Source: an uncultured Methylococcaceae bacterium (GTDB lineage Bacteria; Pseudomonadota; Gammaproteobacteria; Methylococcales; Methylomonadaceae). From it: a stretch of DNA of 24,000 nt. A program made the translations under genes and the position numbers. The notes below the pieces were generated by a model. The model saw only the letters and a list, made by a program, of their open reading frames with translations. It was not told the DNA's origin and made no database searches. Below, piece after piece: positions 16,591 to 24,000 of this stretch (the stretch's first letter is position 1; every line of letters begins with the position of its first letter). The stretch covers positions 71,622 through 95,621 of the forward strand of contig CAZMRW010000001.1 in assembly GCA_964568805.1 (NCBI GenBank), written 5' to 3'.

Positions 16591-17823
16591 ATGTCGAATA
16601 ATTTATCCAGGCGCTTTGCGTCAGTCAGAGATCAGACGCTGGCGCTTGCAAAACCTCTTTCCGAAGCCGACATGACGATTCAGGCAGCGGAATTCGTCAG
16701 TCCCGGTAAATGGCACCTTGCCCACACCACCTGGTTTTTTGAGGAGTTCTTTTTACGCGCCCTGAATAAACAGTGTAAACAAGCAGAAGCCTACCGTTTT
16801 CTGTTCAATTCTTATTATGACACTGTCGGCAACCGGCAAGCCCAAGGCAAACGCGGGCTCATCACGCGGCCCGGTCTTGACGAGGTGCTCAACTATCGGC
16901 AAACGATTGACCAATCCGTCATCCAGGCTTTGGATAACGGCGTGAGCGAAGAACTGGAGAACATCATTGAACTGGGCATCCATCATGAACAGCAGCATCA
17001 GGAATTGTTTTTGACGGACATTCTCTTCAATCTGGCGCAAAACCCGTTTTTTCCAGCCTATCAGCCATCGATTGCAAAAACCAGGCAAATAGCGCCCTTT
17101 TCCGAATCCGAAATGATTGAGTTTTCGGGCGGACTGGAGCAGATTGGCCATGACGGCAACGGCTTCGGTTTTGACAATGAATTTCCACGTCACAAGGTTT
17201 ATCTCGAACCCTTTCGGCTAGCGTGCGATGTTGTGAGTAACGCACACTGGATCAACTTTATCGAAGATGGCGGCTACAGTAATCCATTGTTGTGGCTGGT
17301 AGATGGCTGGAAAACCGTTCAGTCCGAAAACTGGCAAATGCCGCTTTACTGGGCTAACCGCGACGGCTATCAGAGCATGACGCTGGCGGGGCTGCAACCC
17401 ATTGACCCCTTGGCTCCCGTAACCCATATCAGCTATTTTGAAGCCGATGCATTCGCCCGTTGGGCCGGTAAACGACTGCCCACTGAAGCCGAGTGGGAAG
17501 TGGCGGTTCGCACAGAAAGGCCGGCTTCGCATGCTTTCGGTTGCGAGCATGGCGCTGTCGATCCAGGCCGCCTGATTTATGGCGATGTTTGGGAGTGGAC
17601 GTCCAGCCCTTATGTGGCATACCCCGGATTTAGGGTGCTTCCCGGCGCAATCGGCGAATACAACGGTAAATTCATGAATGGCCAATATGTTTTGCGCGGG
17701 GGATCCTGGATTACGCCGTCCGGACATGGTCGGTTAAGTTACCGGAATTTTTTCTATCCTAACCAGCGCTGGCAATTTACCGGATTGCGGCTTGCTGCGG
17801 ACAGCCTCTTCTCGGAATATTGA
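16591..17823 (+). CDS. egtB: Ergothioneine biosynthesis protein EgtB (hercynine sulfoxide synthase)
   Basis: I place the start at ATG 16591, with an AGGAGG RBS at 16581-16586. The N-terminal DinB-like domain carries His ligands (WHLAHTTWFFE; IHHEQQHQEL). The C-terminal FGE-sulfatase-like domain has FEADAFARWAGKRLPTEAEWE, GDVWEWTSSPY and LRGGSW. Confidence 0.88.
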   Translation: MSNNLSRRFASVRDQTLALAKPLSEADMTIQAAEFVSPGKWHLAHTTWFFEEFFLRALNKQCKQAEAYRFLFNSYYDTVGNRQAQGKRGLITRPGLDEVLNYRQTIDQSVIQALDNGVSEELENIIELGIHHEQQHQELFLTDILFNLAQNPFFPAYQPSIAKTRQIAPFSESEMIEFSGGLEQIGHDGNGFGFDNEFPRHKVYLEPFRLACDVVSNAHWINFIEDGGYSNPLLWLVDGWKTVQSENWQMPLYWANRDGYQSMTLAGLQPIDPLAPVTHISYFEADAFARWAGKRLPTEAEWEVAVRTERPASHAFGCEHGAVDPGRLIYGDVWEWTSSPYVAYPGFRVLPGAIGEYNGKFMNGQYVLRGGSWITPSGHGRLSYRNFFYPNQRWQFTGLRLAADSLFSEY

Positions 17824-17835
17824 CCAGCCTAAACA

Positions 17836-18795
17836 ATGGGTAAAGCTATGCGTATCAATTTAGACATCACATCTGAATTTGCATCGGATACTCTTCAAGG
17901 TTTATCGAAAACCCCGAGGTCCTTATCCTGTAAATGGTTTTATGACGAAACCGGTTCAAGACTATTTGTGGACATTACCCGGACTCATGAGTATTACCCG
18001 ACGCGCGTTGAAACGAGGCTTTTGCTCGGTCTGGTCCAGGAACTGGCTGAACTCATACCTGATTTGGCTGTTGTCATCGAACCGGGCAGCGGCTCCAGCG
18101 CCAAGACCCGAATTTTATTGGGGTCGCAGCCACATTTACAAACTTACATCCCGATCGATATTTCGGAAGAGTTTCTGCTAGCATCCGTAAACCGGCTAAA
18201 AGAGACTTTCCCGGCTTTGGAGATAGCGCCATTCGTGGCGGATTTCTCATCGTCCCTGTCCCAGATTAAACTGGCTGAGAATAAGCAGCGCATGGTGTTT
18301 TTTCCCGGTTCAACCATCGGCAACTTCGCGCCGGATGAAGCCAGAGGATTATTGCGTTCTATCCGGAACTTTGCCGGCAAAAACGCTTGGCTGCTAATTG
18401 GCGTGGACATGACGCAAAACGAAGAACAGTTAATTGCCGCTTATAACGATGTCGGCGGTATTACTGCAAAGTTTAATCAAAACATTCTAGTCCGCGCAAA
18501 CCGTGAGCTGGGAGCCGATTTTGATACTGATTTTTTTCGACATCGCGCGTATTTCAATCAGAGTGAAAGTCGCATTGAAATGCACTTGGTCAGCATGCGG
18601 GCACAGACAGTCAAGATAAACGGAAATGCTTTTAAATTCGAACAGGGCGAAACGATTCACACCGAAAATTGCTACAAATATTCCCGAGCGGATTTTGAGT
18701 CATTTGCCCGGGACTGCGGCTGGAAAATCCGGCAGGTCTGGGAAGACCGGCAGGAATCAAGATTTGGGGTGTTCTTATTGAAAGCGGCTGATTAA
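17836..18795 (+). CDS. egtD: L-histidine N-alpha-methyltransferase EgtD
   Basis: 319-aa ORF with PRSLSCKWFYDETGSRLFVDITRTHEYYPTR.E, VIEPGSGSSAKTR and FFPGSTIGNF, matching EgtD hallmarks. The alternative start at 17848 cannot be excluded. Confidence 0.88.
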   Translation: MGKAMRINLDITSEFASDTLQGLSKTPRSLSCKWFYDETGSRLFVDITRTHEYYPTRVETRLLLGLVQELAELIPDLAVVIEPGSGSSAKTRILLGSQPHLQTYIPIDISEEFLLASVNRLKETFPALEIAPFVADFSSSLSQIKLAENKQRMVFFPGSTIGNFAPDEARGLLRSIRNFAGKNAWLLIGVDMTQNEEQLIAAYNDVGGITAKFNQNILVRANRELGADFDTDFFRHRAYFNQSESRIEMHLVSMRAQTVKINGNAFKFEQGETIHTENCYKYSRADFESFARDCGWKIRQVWEDRQESRFGVFLLKAAD

Positions 18796-18820
18796 TTCCC
18801 GTCCATTATCTCGGTAGCAC

Positions 18821-19105
18821 CTAACTCCCGACTTCGATGCCTTTCCAGAATGCCACATGATCCTTGATATTTGCGGCGGCTTCTTTGGGATTTGGATAAT
18901 ACCAGGCGGCATTCCGATTGATATTGCCGTCGACGCAAACATCAAAATAATGGGCGACGCCTTTCCACGGACAAGTGCTTGTGTGGCTGCTTTCGCAAAA
19001 ATACTCTGTCTTGATCGAATGGTGCGGAAAATACACATTGCCTTCCACTGTCTCGAATTCATCGCTTTCGGCGATGATTTTACCGTTCCACCTTGCGATA
19101 GCCAT
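18821..19105 (-). CDS. DUF427 domain protein
   Basis: I place the start at Met29 of the tracked ORF (ATG at 19105). The 94-aa product reads MAIARWNGKIIAESDEFETVEGNVYFP......CPWKG.A.YFDV.VDG..N.NAAWYYP.P...A..IK..VAFWKG, matching the DUF427 family pattern. Confidence 0.8.
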   Translation of the reverse strand: MAIARWNGKIIAESDEFETVEGNVYFPHHSIKTEYFCESSHTSTCPWKGVAHYFDVCVDGNINRNAAWYYPNPKEAAANIKDHVAFWKGIEVGS

Positions 19106-19735
19106 GCTGAACCCCCCGATTTTTTGATAGCGGCTCTCTATGCCACCCGTATAAACGCTGTCAGAATTTGGCTGTTTCCCTGGAAACAACCGCTTTATTT
19201 AACGGAATGCCTGACCCTAAGGAAAACCATTCAGTTCGTGCCGGTGCAATGGCTTCATCGCGAATAGCCGCGATCTGGTCACCGCCCCGACAATTACACT
19301 ATGACATGACCGGATCGTTCCGGTTCCCATGCTCGTTAGGTAGCGGCATTACATAGTTGCTGCCGATTGATTGACAGGATAACGGCAACATCGCTTATCA
19401 GCCTGAAAGGAAAATCTCGGTCAACATAGATCGATAATGAAAGCATGGCCGTTCATTTGAGCCTTGGAAAACAAAGATACTCATGCGAATGTTTGTATGA
19501 TAAAAAGGCCTCTTTCAGTAAATAAAAAAAGGACAACGGCCTCACTGATTTACTTTAAAAAATAATAAGGACCAAGAATGTATTGAACTATCGGGCGGAT
19601 TGTCGCCTAATAATTATCGCCTCGGATACTGATCGGGCAGGCCAACAATGACGATGGCGTGGCTCATATCGATAGTTTAATCAGCGGATTTATATATTTG
19701 TGGGCTTTTTGTCAATAACTCATAAGGAGGCATCT

Positions 19736-20392
19736 ATGCCGGTCATTTCATTAGTGGTATTTTTTGTGATCACGTTGATTTTTGCAGCGATGATACAGAT
19801 TCATATCATTGAAATTGCTTTTGCAAAACTGGGGTTAACGCCTGAAATTACGCTCCTTTTATTGGTTGGAACGCTGGTCGGCAGCGGAATTAATCTGCCT
19901 CTTTTCGACCTGCGCACCAAACAATCGGGTCATCTGGTGATCTCTCCGGATCAAAAGCCGATCTGGGAAATATTTCAGCCGGTGAGGGAAGGCAGAGTCG
20001 TCATCGCGATCAATGTCGGCGGCTGCATTATTCCGGTCGGACTTTGCCTCTATTTCATTTCGCTGCAATTGATTAATCCGCTCAACCTGGTCATCGCATT
20101 GCTGGCAATCACCGCATTAAGTTATAGGATCAGCCGGATCATTCCCGGGCTGGGTGTCGGCATGCCGTTATTGATAGCGCCGTTGGCTGCGGCGGCCCTG
20201 GCGTTTGTTCTTGAACCCGCCCACGCCGCTCATCTTGCCTATGTCAGCGGCGTGCTGGGCGTGCTGATTGGAGCGGATATTCTTCGGCTTAACAATATCA
20301 TCGACCTTGGCGCGCCCATTGCTGCTATCGGCGGAGCGGGCACTTTTGACGGTATTTTCCTGACCGGCATCATTGCCGCGCTATTGGCCTGA
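19736..20392 (+). CDS. DUF1614-like integral membrane protein
   Basis: I place the start at ATG 19736, with an AAGGAGG RBS at 19724-19730. The 218-aa polytopic membrane protein has INVGGCIIPVGL and GGAGTFDGIFLTGI motifs. Confidence 0.75.
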   Translation: MPVISLVVFFVITLIFAAMIQIHIIEIAFAKLGLTPEITLLLLVGTLVGSGINLPLFDLRTKQSGHLVISPDQKPIWEIFQPVREGRVVIAINVGGCIIPVGLCLYFISLQLINPLNLVIALLAITALSYRISRIIPGLGVGMPLLIAPLAAAALAFVLEPAHAAHLAYVSGVLGVLIGADILRLNNIIDLGAPIAAIGGAGTFDGIFLTGIIAALLA

Positions 20393-20539
20393 CCGGCGAG
20401 CAAATTCAGTCACACAGGACACATTCGATTTTCCGGTTTACCGGCAAGTGTTTGCTGCGCGAATTCTTGAATGGCGCATTGGTTTTTTGCCATGTCAGTT
20501 ATACTTTTAAGGCGGAGAACACAATACTACCGCATCGAG

Positions 20540-20545
20540 TATAAT
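20540..20545 (+). promoter_or_regulatory. Candidate -10 box (TATAAT) upstream of gmd
   Basis: A perfect TATAAT lies 30 nt upstream of the gmd ATG. There is no good -35, and the implied leader would be very short. Confidence 0.2.
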
Positions 20546-20574
20546 TTGCGTTGAGTAAAACTTAAGGAATCTAA

Positions 20575-21690
20575 ATGAAAAAAGCACTGATCACCGGCAT
20601 CACCGGACAGGACGGTTCTTACCTCGCTGAATTTCTGTTGAAAAAAGGCTATGAAGTTCACGGCATCAAACGTAGAGCCTCGTCGTTTAATACTGAACGC
20701 GTGGATCATCTCTATCAGGACCCGCATGTGTCCAGCCGCAATTTTATATTGCATTATGGTGATTTGACCGATTCGTCGAACTTAACGCGCATCATCCAGC
20801 AAACACAGCCTGATGAGGTCTATAATCTCGGCGCGCAATCCCATGTGGCGGTCAGTTTTGAATCGCCGGAATATACCGCCGATGTCGACGCATTGGGCAC
20901 TTTACGGTTGCTGGAAGCAATTCGTTTATTAGGCCTGGAAAAAAAGACCCGGTTTTACCAGGCGTCGACCTCCGAACTGTATGGACTGGTGCAGGAAACT
21001 CCGCAGAAGGAAACCACGCCGTTCTATCCCCGTTCGCCTTACGCGGTGGCAAAGCTTTATGCCTACTGGATCGTCGTCAATTACCGTGAGGCTTACGGCA
21101 TGTATGCCTGCAATGGCATTTTGTTCAATCACGAGTCGCCGCGTCGAGGCGAAACCTTTGTCACCCGGAAGGTTACCAGGGCCCTCGCCAATATCGGGCA
21201 GGGACTTGAGCACTGTCTGTATTTGGGCAATATGGATTCGCTCAGGGACTGGGGCCATGCCCGCGATTATGTGGAAATGCAATGGCTCATGCTGCAGCAG
21301 GAGCAACCGGATGATTTTGTCATCGCTACCGGCGTGCAGTATACGGTTCGCCAGTTTGTCGAATATGCCGCCGCAGAAATGGGTGTCACCTTGCGCTGGC
21401 AAGGCACAGGCGCCGATGAATGCGGTTATGTTGCTTCGATCAGCGGTGACAAAGCACCTAAAATTACTGTCGGAGACAGAATTGTCGCGGTAGATCCACG
21501 TTATTTCAGACCCGCGGAAGTGGACACTTTGCTAGGCGATCCCGGCAAGGCGCGCGAAAAACTGGGCTGGCAGCCAACAACTACCCTGAAAGAGATGATT
21601 CAGGAGATGATGGCGTTTGATCTGGAGCAGGCCAAGCGCGACTCATTGTTGATTGGTCATGGCTACGCTGTGACTGTTTCGAAGGAATAA
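20575..21690 (+). CDS. gmd: GDP-mannose 4,6-dehydratase
   Basis: The N-terminus is [38 protein letters not shown]. The catalytic region is [10 protein letters not shown] and SPYA.AKLY.YW. An AAGGAA RBS is present. Confidence 0.95.
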   Translation: MKKALITGITGQDGSYLAEFLLKKGYEVHGIKRRASSFNTERVDHLYQDPHVSSRNFILHYGDLTDSSNLTRIIQQTQPDEVYNLGAQSHVAVSFESPEYTADVDALGTLRLLEAIRLLGLEKKTRFYQASTSELYGLVQETPQKETTPFYPRSPYAVAKLYAYWIVVNYREAYGMYACNGILFNHESPRRGETFVTRKVTRALANIGQGLEHCLYLGNMDSLRDWGHARDYVEMQWLMLQQEQPDDFVIATGVQYTVRQFVEYAAAEMGVTLRWQGTGADECGYVASISGDKAPKITVGDRIVAVDPRYFRPAEVDTLLGDPGKAREKLGWQPTTTLKEMIQEMMAFDLEQAKRDSLLIGHGYAVTVSKE

Positions 21691-21693
21691 AGC

Positions 21694-22662
21694 ATGGACA
21701 AGGATACCCGTATATTTGTCGCCGGTCATAACGGCATGGTGGGCTCCGCCATTTGCCGGCAATTGCAGGCACAGGGGTTTAATCATTTACTGACTCGATC
21801 CCGCAAAGAACTGGATTTGCTGAATCAGCAGGCCGTTTGCGATTTTATGCAGCAGGAAAAGCCGGATTATGTGGTATTGGCGGCGGCTAAAGTCGGCGGA
21901 ATTTTTGCCAATAACGAGTATCCGGCTGATTTTATCTATGAAAACCTGATGATAGAAGCCAATGTGATCCATCAGGCTTACCGTGCGGGCTGCTCCCGGC
22001 TTTTATATTTGGGAAGTTCCTGTATCTACCCCAAATTCGCGGCACAACCGATGCCGGAGACAGCATTGCTGACCGGGACTCTTGAGCCGACCAACGAGCC
22101 TTATGCCGTGGCTAAAATTGCCGGCATTAAGTTATGCGAATCATATAACCGGCAATACGGCACCGATTACCGCTCGGTGATGCCGACCAATCTCTACGGC
22201 CCACGGGATAATTTTCATAAAAAAAACAGCCATGTCATCCCTGCGTTGTTGCGCCGTTTTCATGATGCGACTGTCGCCAATCAGGCGGAAGTTGAAGTGT
22301 GGGGTACCGGCCAGGCCAGACGGGAATTCCTTTACGTAGATGATATGGCTGCAGCCTGTTTACATGTGATGATGCTGGACACCGAGATCTATGCGCAACA
22401 AACCGACCCAATGCTGTCTCATATCAATATCGGCACCGGCAAGGATATCACCATTAACTCGCTGGTTGAAGAGATCGTACGCGTGACGGGCTATCAGGGC
22501 CGGGTCATCTGGAACACCGCCATGCCCGACGGCACGCCCAGAAAATTGTTGGACGTATCCCGCTTGGCATCGTTGGGCTGGAACTACCGGGTTGAATTGC
22601 CTGAAGGTTTGCAACGGGCTTATCAGTGGTTTTTGGAGAATCAAGATCAATTCCGGGACTAA
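21694..22662 (+). CDS. fcl: GDP-L-fucose synthase (GDP-4-keto-6-deoxymannose 3,5-epimerase/4-reductase)
   Basis: The gene starts 3 nt after the gmd stop. Motifs are [43 protein letters not shown] and PTNLYGP.DNF. Confidence 0.93.
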   Translation: MDKDTRIFVAGHNGMVGSAICRQLQAQGFNHLLTRSRKELDLLNQQAVCDFMQQEKPDYVVLAAAKVGGIFANNEYPADFIYENLMIEANVIHQAYRAGCSRLLYLGSSCIYPKFAAQPMPETALLTGTLEPTNEPYAVAKIAGIKLCESYNRQYGTDYRSVMPTNLYGPRDNFHKKNSHVIPALLRRFHDATVANQAEVEVWGTGQARREFLYVDDMAAACLHVMMLDTEIYAQQTDPMLSHINIGTGKDITINSLVEEIVRVTGYQGRVIWNTAMPDGTPRKLLDVSRLASLGWNYRVELPEGLQRAYQWFLENQDQFRD

Positions 22663-22724
22663 TTTATTATCCTGAACCGGGAGAGGAAGCGGTCCGGTTT
22701 CATGGTCCGGCGCTGCGGCACAAA

Positions 22725-24000
22725 CTATTTTTGATGTATGCCCCGCCAGGATATCAACCACTTCCGCCCTTCTTCCAGCAGCAACAGGCCCAGGGCAAAA
22801 GGCAACATCATTAACCAGACCTCCGTTGCGATAGGTGCCGTTCCTAAAATCAGATTTCCCCAGGGCGTGTAATCGATCGCCAGAATCAAGGCGATTTCAA
22901 ATGCAATGCCCCAAAGGATTATTCGATTGTCGAATGATCCTCGAGTAAACACACTTCGTTCAGGAGATTTGCACAGAAAAACATTGACGACTTGCATGAT
23001 GATAATGGTGCTCAGGCACGCAGTGGTCGCCTGGAGATATAACGGGTCGCCTTTTCCCAAATCGTCGCCCCAATGCCATCCGCCGCTGAAAAGAACGAAG
23101 AAATAGACCGCCATCGAGGCGACCGCTTCCATTAATCCAAGAAACAGGTAGCTTCGGCCAATCAGACGTCCGTCAATCAGTTTTTCATGCGCCGACCGAG
23201 GGGGCTTATACATGCTGTCTGAAGAGGGTTTTTCGGCACCAAGTCCAAGCGCCGGCACCATATCCGTGCCCAGATCGACCGCCAAAATCTGAATGATCGT
23301 CAAAGGCAGCGGAATATTGAACAGCGAAAAAGCCAAATAAGGCACTAATTCAGGGATATTCGACGCCAGAATATAGGCCAAAAATTTGCGAATGTTTTCG
23401 TAAACGGCGCGTCCTTCCTCAATGGCTGCCACGATGCTGGCGAAATTGTCGTCCAGCAGAATCATGTCTGCCGCCTCTTTGGCTACATCGGTGCCGGTAA
23501 TGCCCATGGCGATGCCGATATCGGCCATTTTCAATGCCGGCGCATCGTTAACGCCGTCACCGGTGACGGCGACGATCTCCTTTTTCTTTTTCAATGCGCT
23601 GACGATGCGCATTTTCTGATCGGCTCCGACCCGTGCAAAAATAATGTCCGGGGTATCCAGGGCCAATCGCAATCGGATTTCCGACATATGGCGAAGTCTG
23701 TCGCCAGTAATAATGGTTGGATGTTCCGATTGTATCAGCCCGATCTGCCGCCCGATGGCCAACGCGGTATGGGGATGATCGCCGGTTACCATGATCACCT
23801 TGATTCCTGCTCGCAAGCATTTACTTATGGCTTCCGGAACTTCAGGGCGAGGAGGATCTTCTAATCCCACGAGGCCACAAAGGATCATGTCCCGCTCCTG
23901 TTGCTCAGCGGGATGGCCATTATCCAATCCACGCCAGGCGAAAGCCAATACGCGCAAACCTTGGTCCGCCAATTCTTCTTGGGCGTTAATAAAATTTTTC
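22725..24000 (-). CDS. Cation-transporting P-type ATPase (type II-like), C-terminal part; 5' end lies outside the window
   Basis: The frame stays open to the window edge (..KNFINAQEELADQGLRVLAF..). The tracked 'Met' at 23972 is an internal TTG. Motifs are MVTGDHP, VTGDGVNDAPALK.ADIGIAMG.TGTDVAKEAADMIL.DDNF and DLGTDMVPALGLG.E. TM helices M5-M10 follow. Confidence 0.9.
   Translation of the reverse strand, partial: KNFINAQEELADQGLRVLAFAWRGLDNGHPAEQQERDMILCGLVGLEDPPRPEVPEAISKCLRAGIKVIMVTGDHPHTALAIGRQIGLIQSEHPTIITGDRLRHMSEIRLRLALDTPDIIFARVGADQKMRIVSALKKKKEIVAVTGDGVNDAPALKMADIGIAMGITGTDVAKEAADMILLDDNFASIVAAIEEGRAVYENIRKFLAYILASNIPELVPYLAFSLFNIPLPLTIIQILAVDLGTDMVPALGLGAEKPSSDSMYKPPRSAHEKLIDGRLIGRSYLFLGLMEAVASMAVYFFVLFSGGWHWGDDLGKGDPLYLQATTACLSTIIIMQVVNVFLCKSPERSVFTRGSFDNRIILWGIAFEIALILAIDYTPWGNLILGTAPIATEVWLMMLPFALGLLLLEEGRKWLISWRGIHQK

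Noticed and set aside
20511-20518. ops/JUMPstart-like element (GGCGGAGA) upstream of gmd
   Set aside because: It differs from the ops core GGCGGTAG at two of eight positions, and I see no accompanying JUMPstart context.
1-24000. Search for CRISPR arrays, tRNA/rRNA genes, transposases, integrases, toxin-antitoxin pairs or defence-island signatures
   Set aside because: I saw no regularly spaced direct repeats, no tRNA T-loop/acceptor patterns, no rRNA-like segments and no ORFs with transposase, integrase, nuclease or NTPase hallmarks. The window does not look like a defence or mobile island.

Overview
This looks like a chromosomal segment of about 50% GC from a gammaproteobacterial (Methylococcales-type) methanotroph. 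That assignment is inferred from the gene content. The centrepiece is a three-gene copper membrane monooxygenase operon in A-B-C order (7185-9983). That order marks the divergent pxmABC (pXMO) system rather than canonical pmoCAB. The CuB, CuC and CuD-type ligand spacings are all readable in the translations, and a LysR regulator is transcribed divergently from it. The rest is a mosaic of mostly unrelated one- or two-gene units:
- LemA and a secreted glycerophosphodiesterase
- an ATGA-coupled pair of a membrane protein and a zinc-ribbon protein
- an orphan 216-aa ORF
- a secreted MRJP/yellow-family protein
- an MFS transporter and a J-domain protein
- a MOT-type molybdate/sulfate permease
- sdaA, egtB-egtD (ergothioneine), DUF427, DUF1614 and gmd-fcl (GDP-fucose)
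- the C-terminal part of a P-type ATPase that runs off the window

I found no rRNA, tRNA, CRISPR array, transposase or integrase. Non-genic structure worth noting:
- a roughly 320-bp GC-rich multi-hairpin element bounded by perfect 14-bp inverted repeats (4387-4708)
- a REP-like double hairpin after pxmC
- a perfect 14-bp palindrome between the permease and sdaA
- an aldehyde dehydrogenase N-terminal relic
- several unusually long non-coding gaps

I see no convincing multi-gene novel system beyond pxm and its putative regulator. The orphan genes and the structured element are the best leads. All homology statements come from motif recognition by eye, not database searches.
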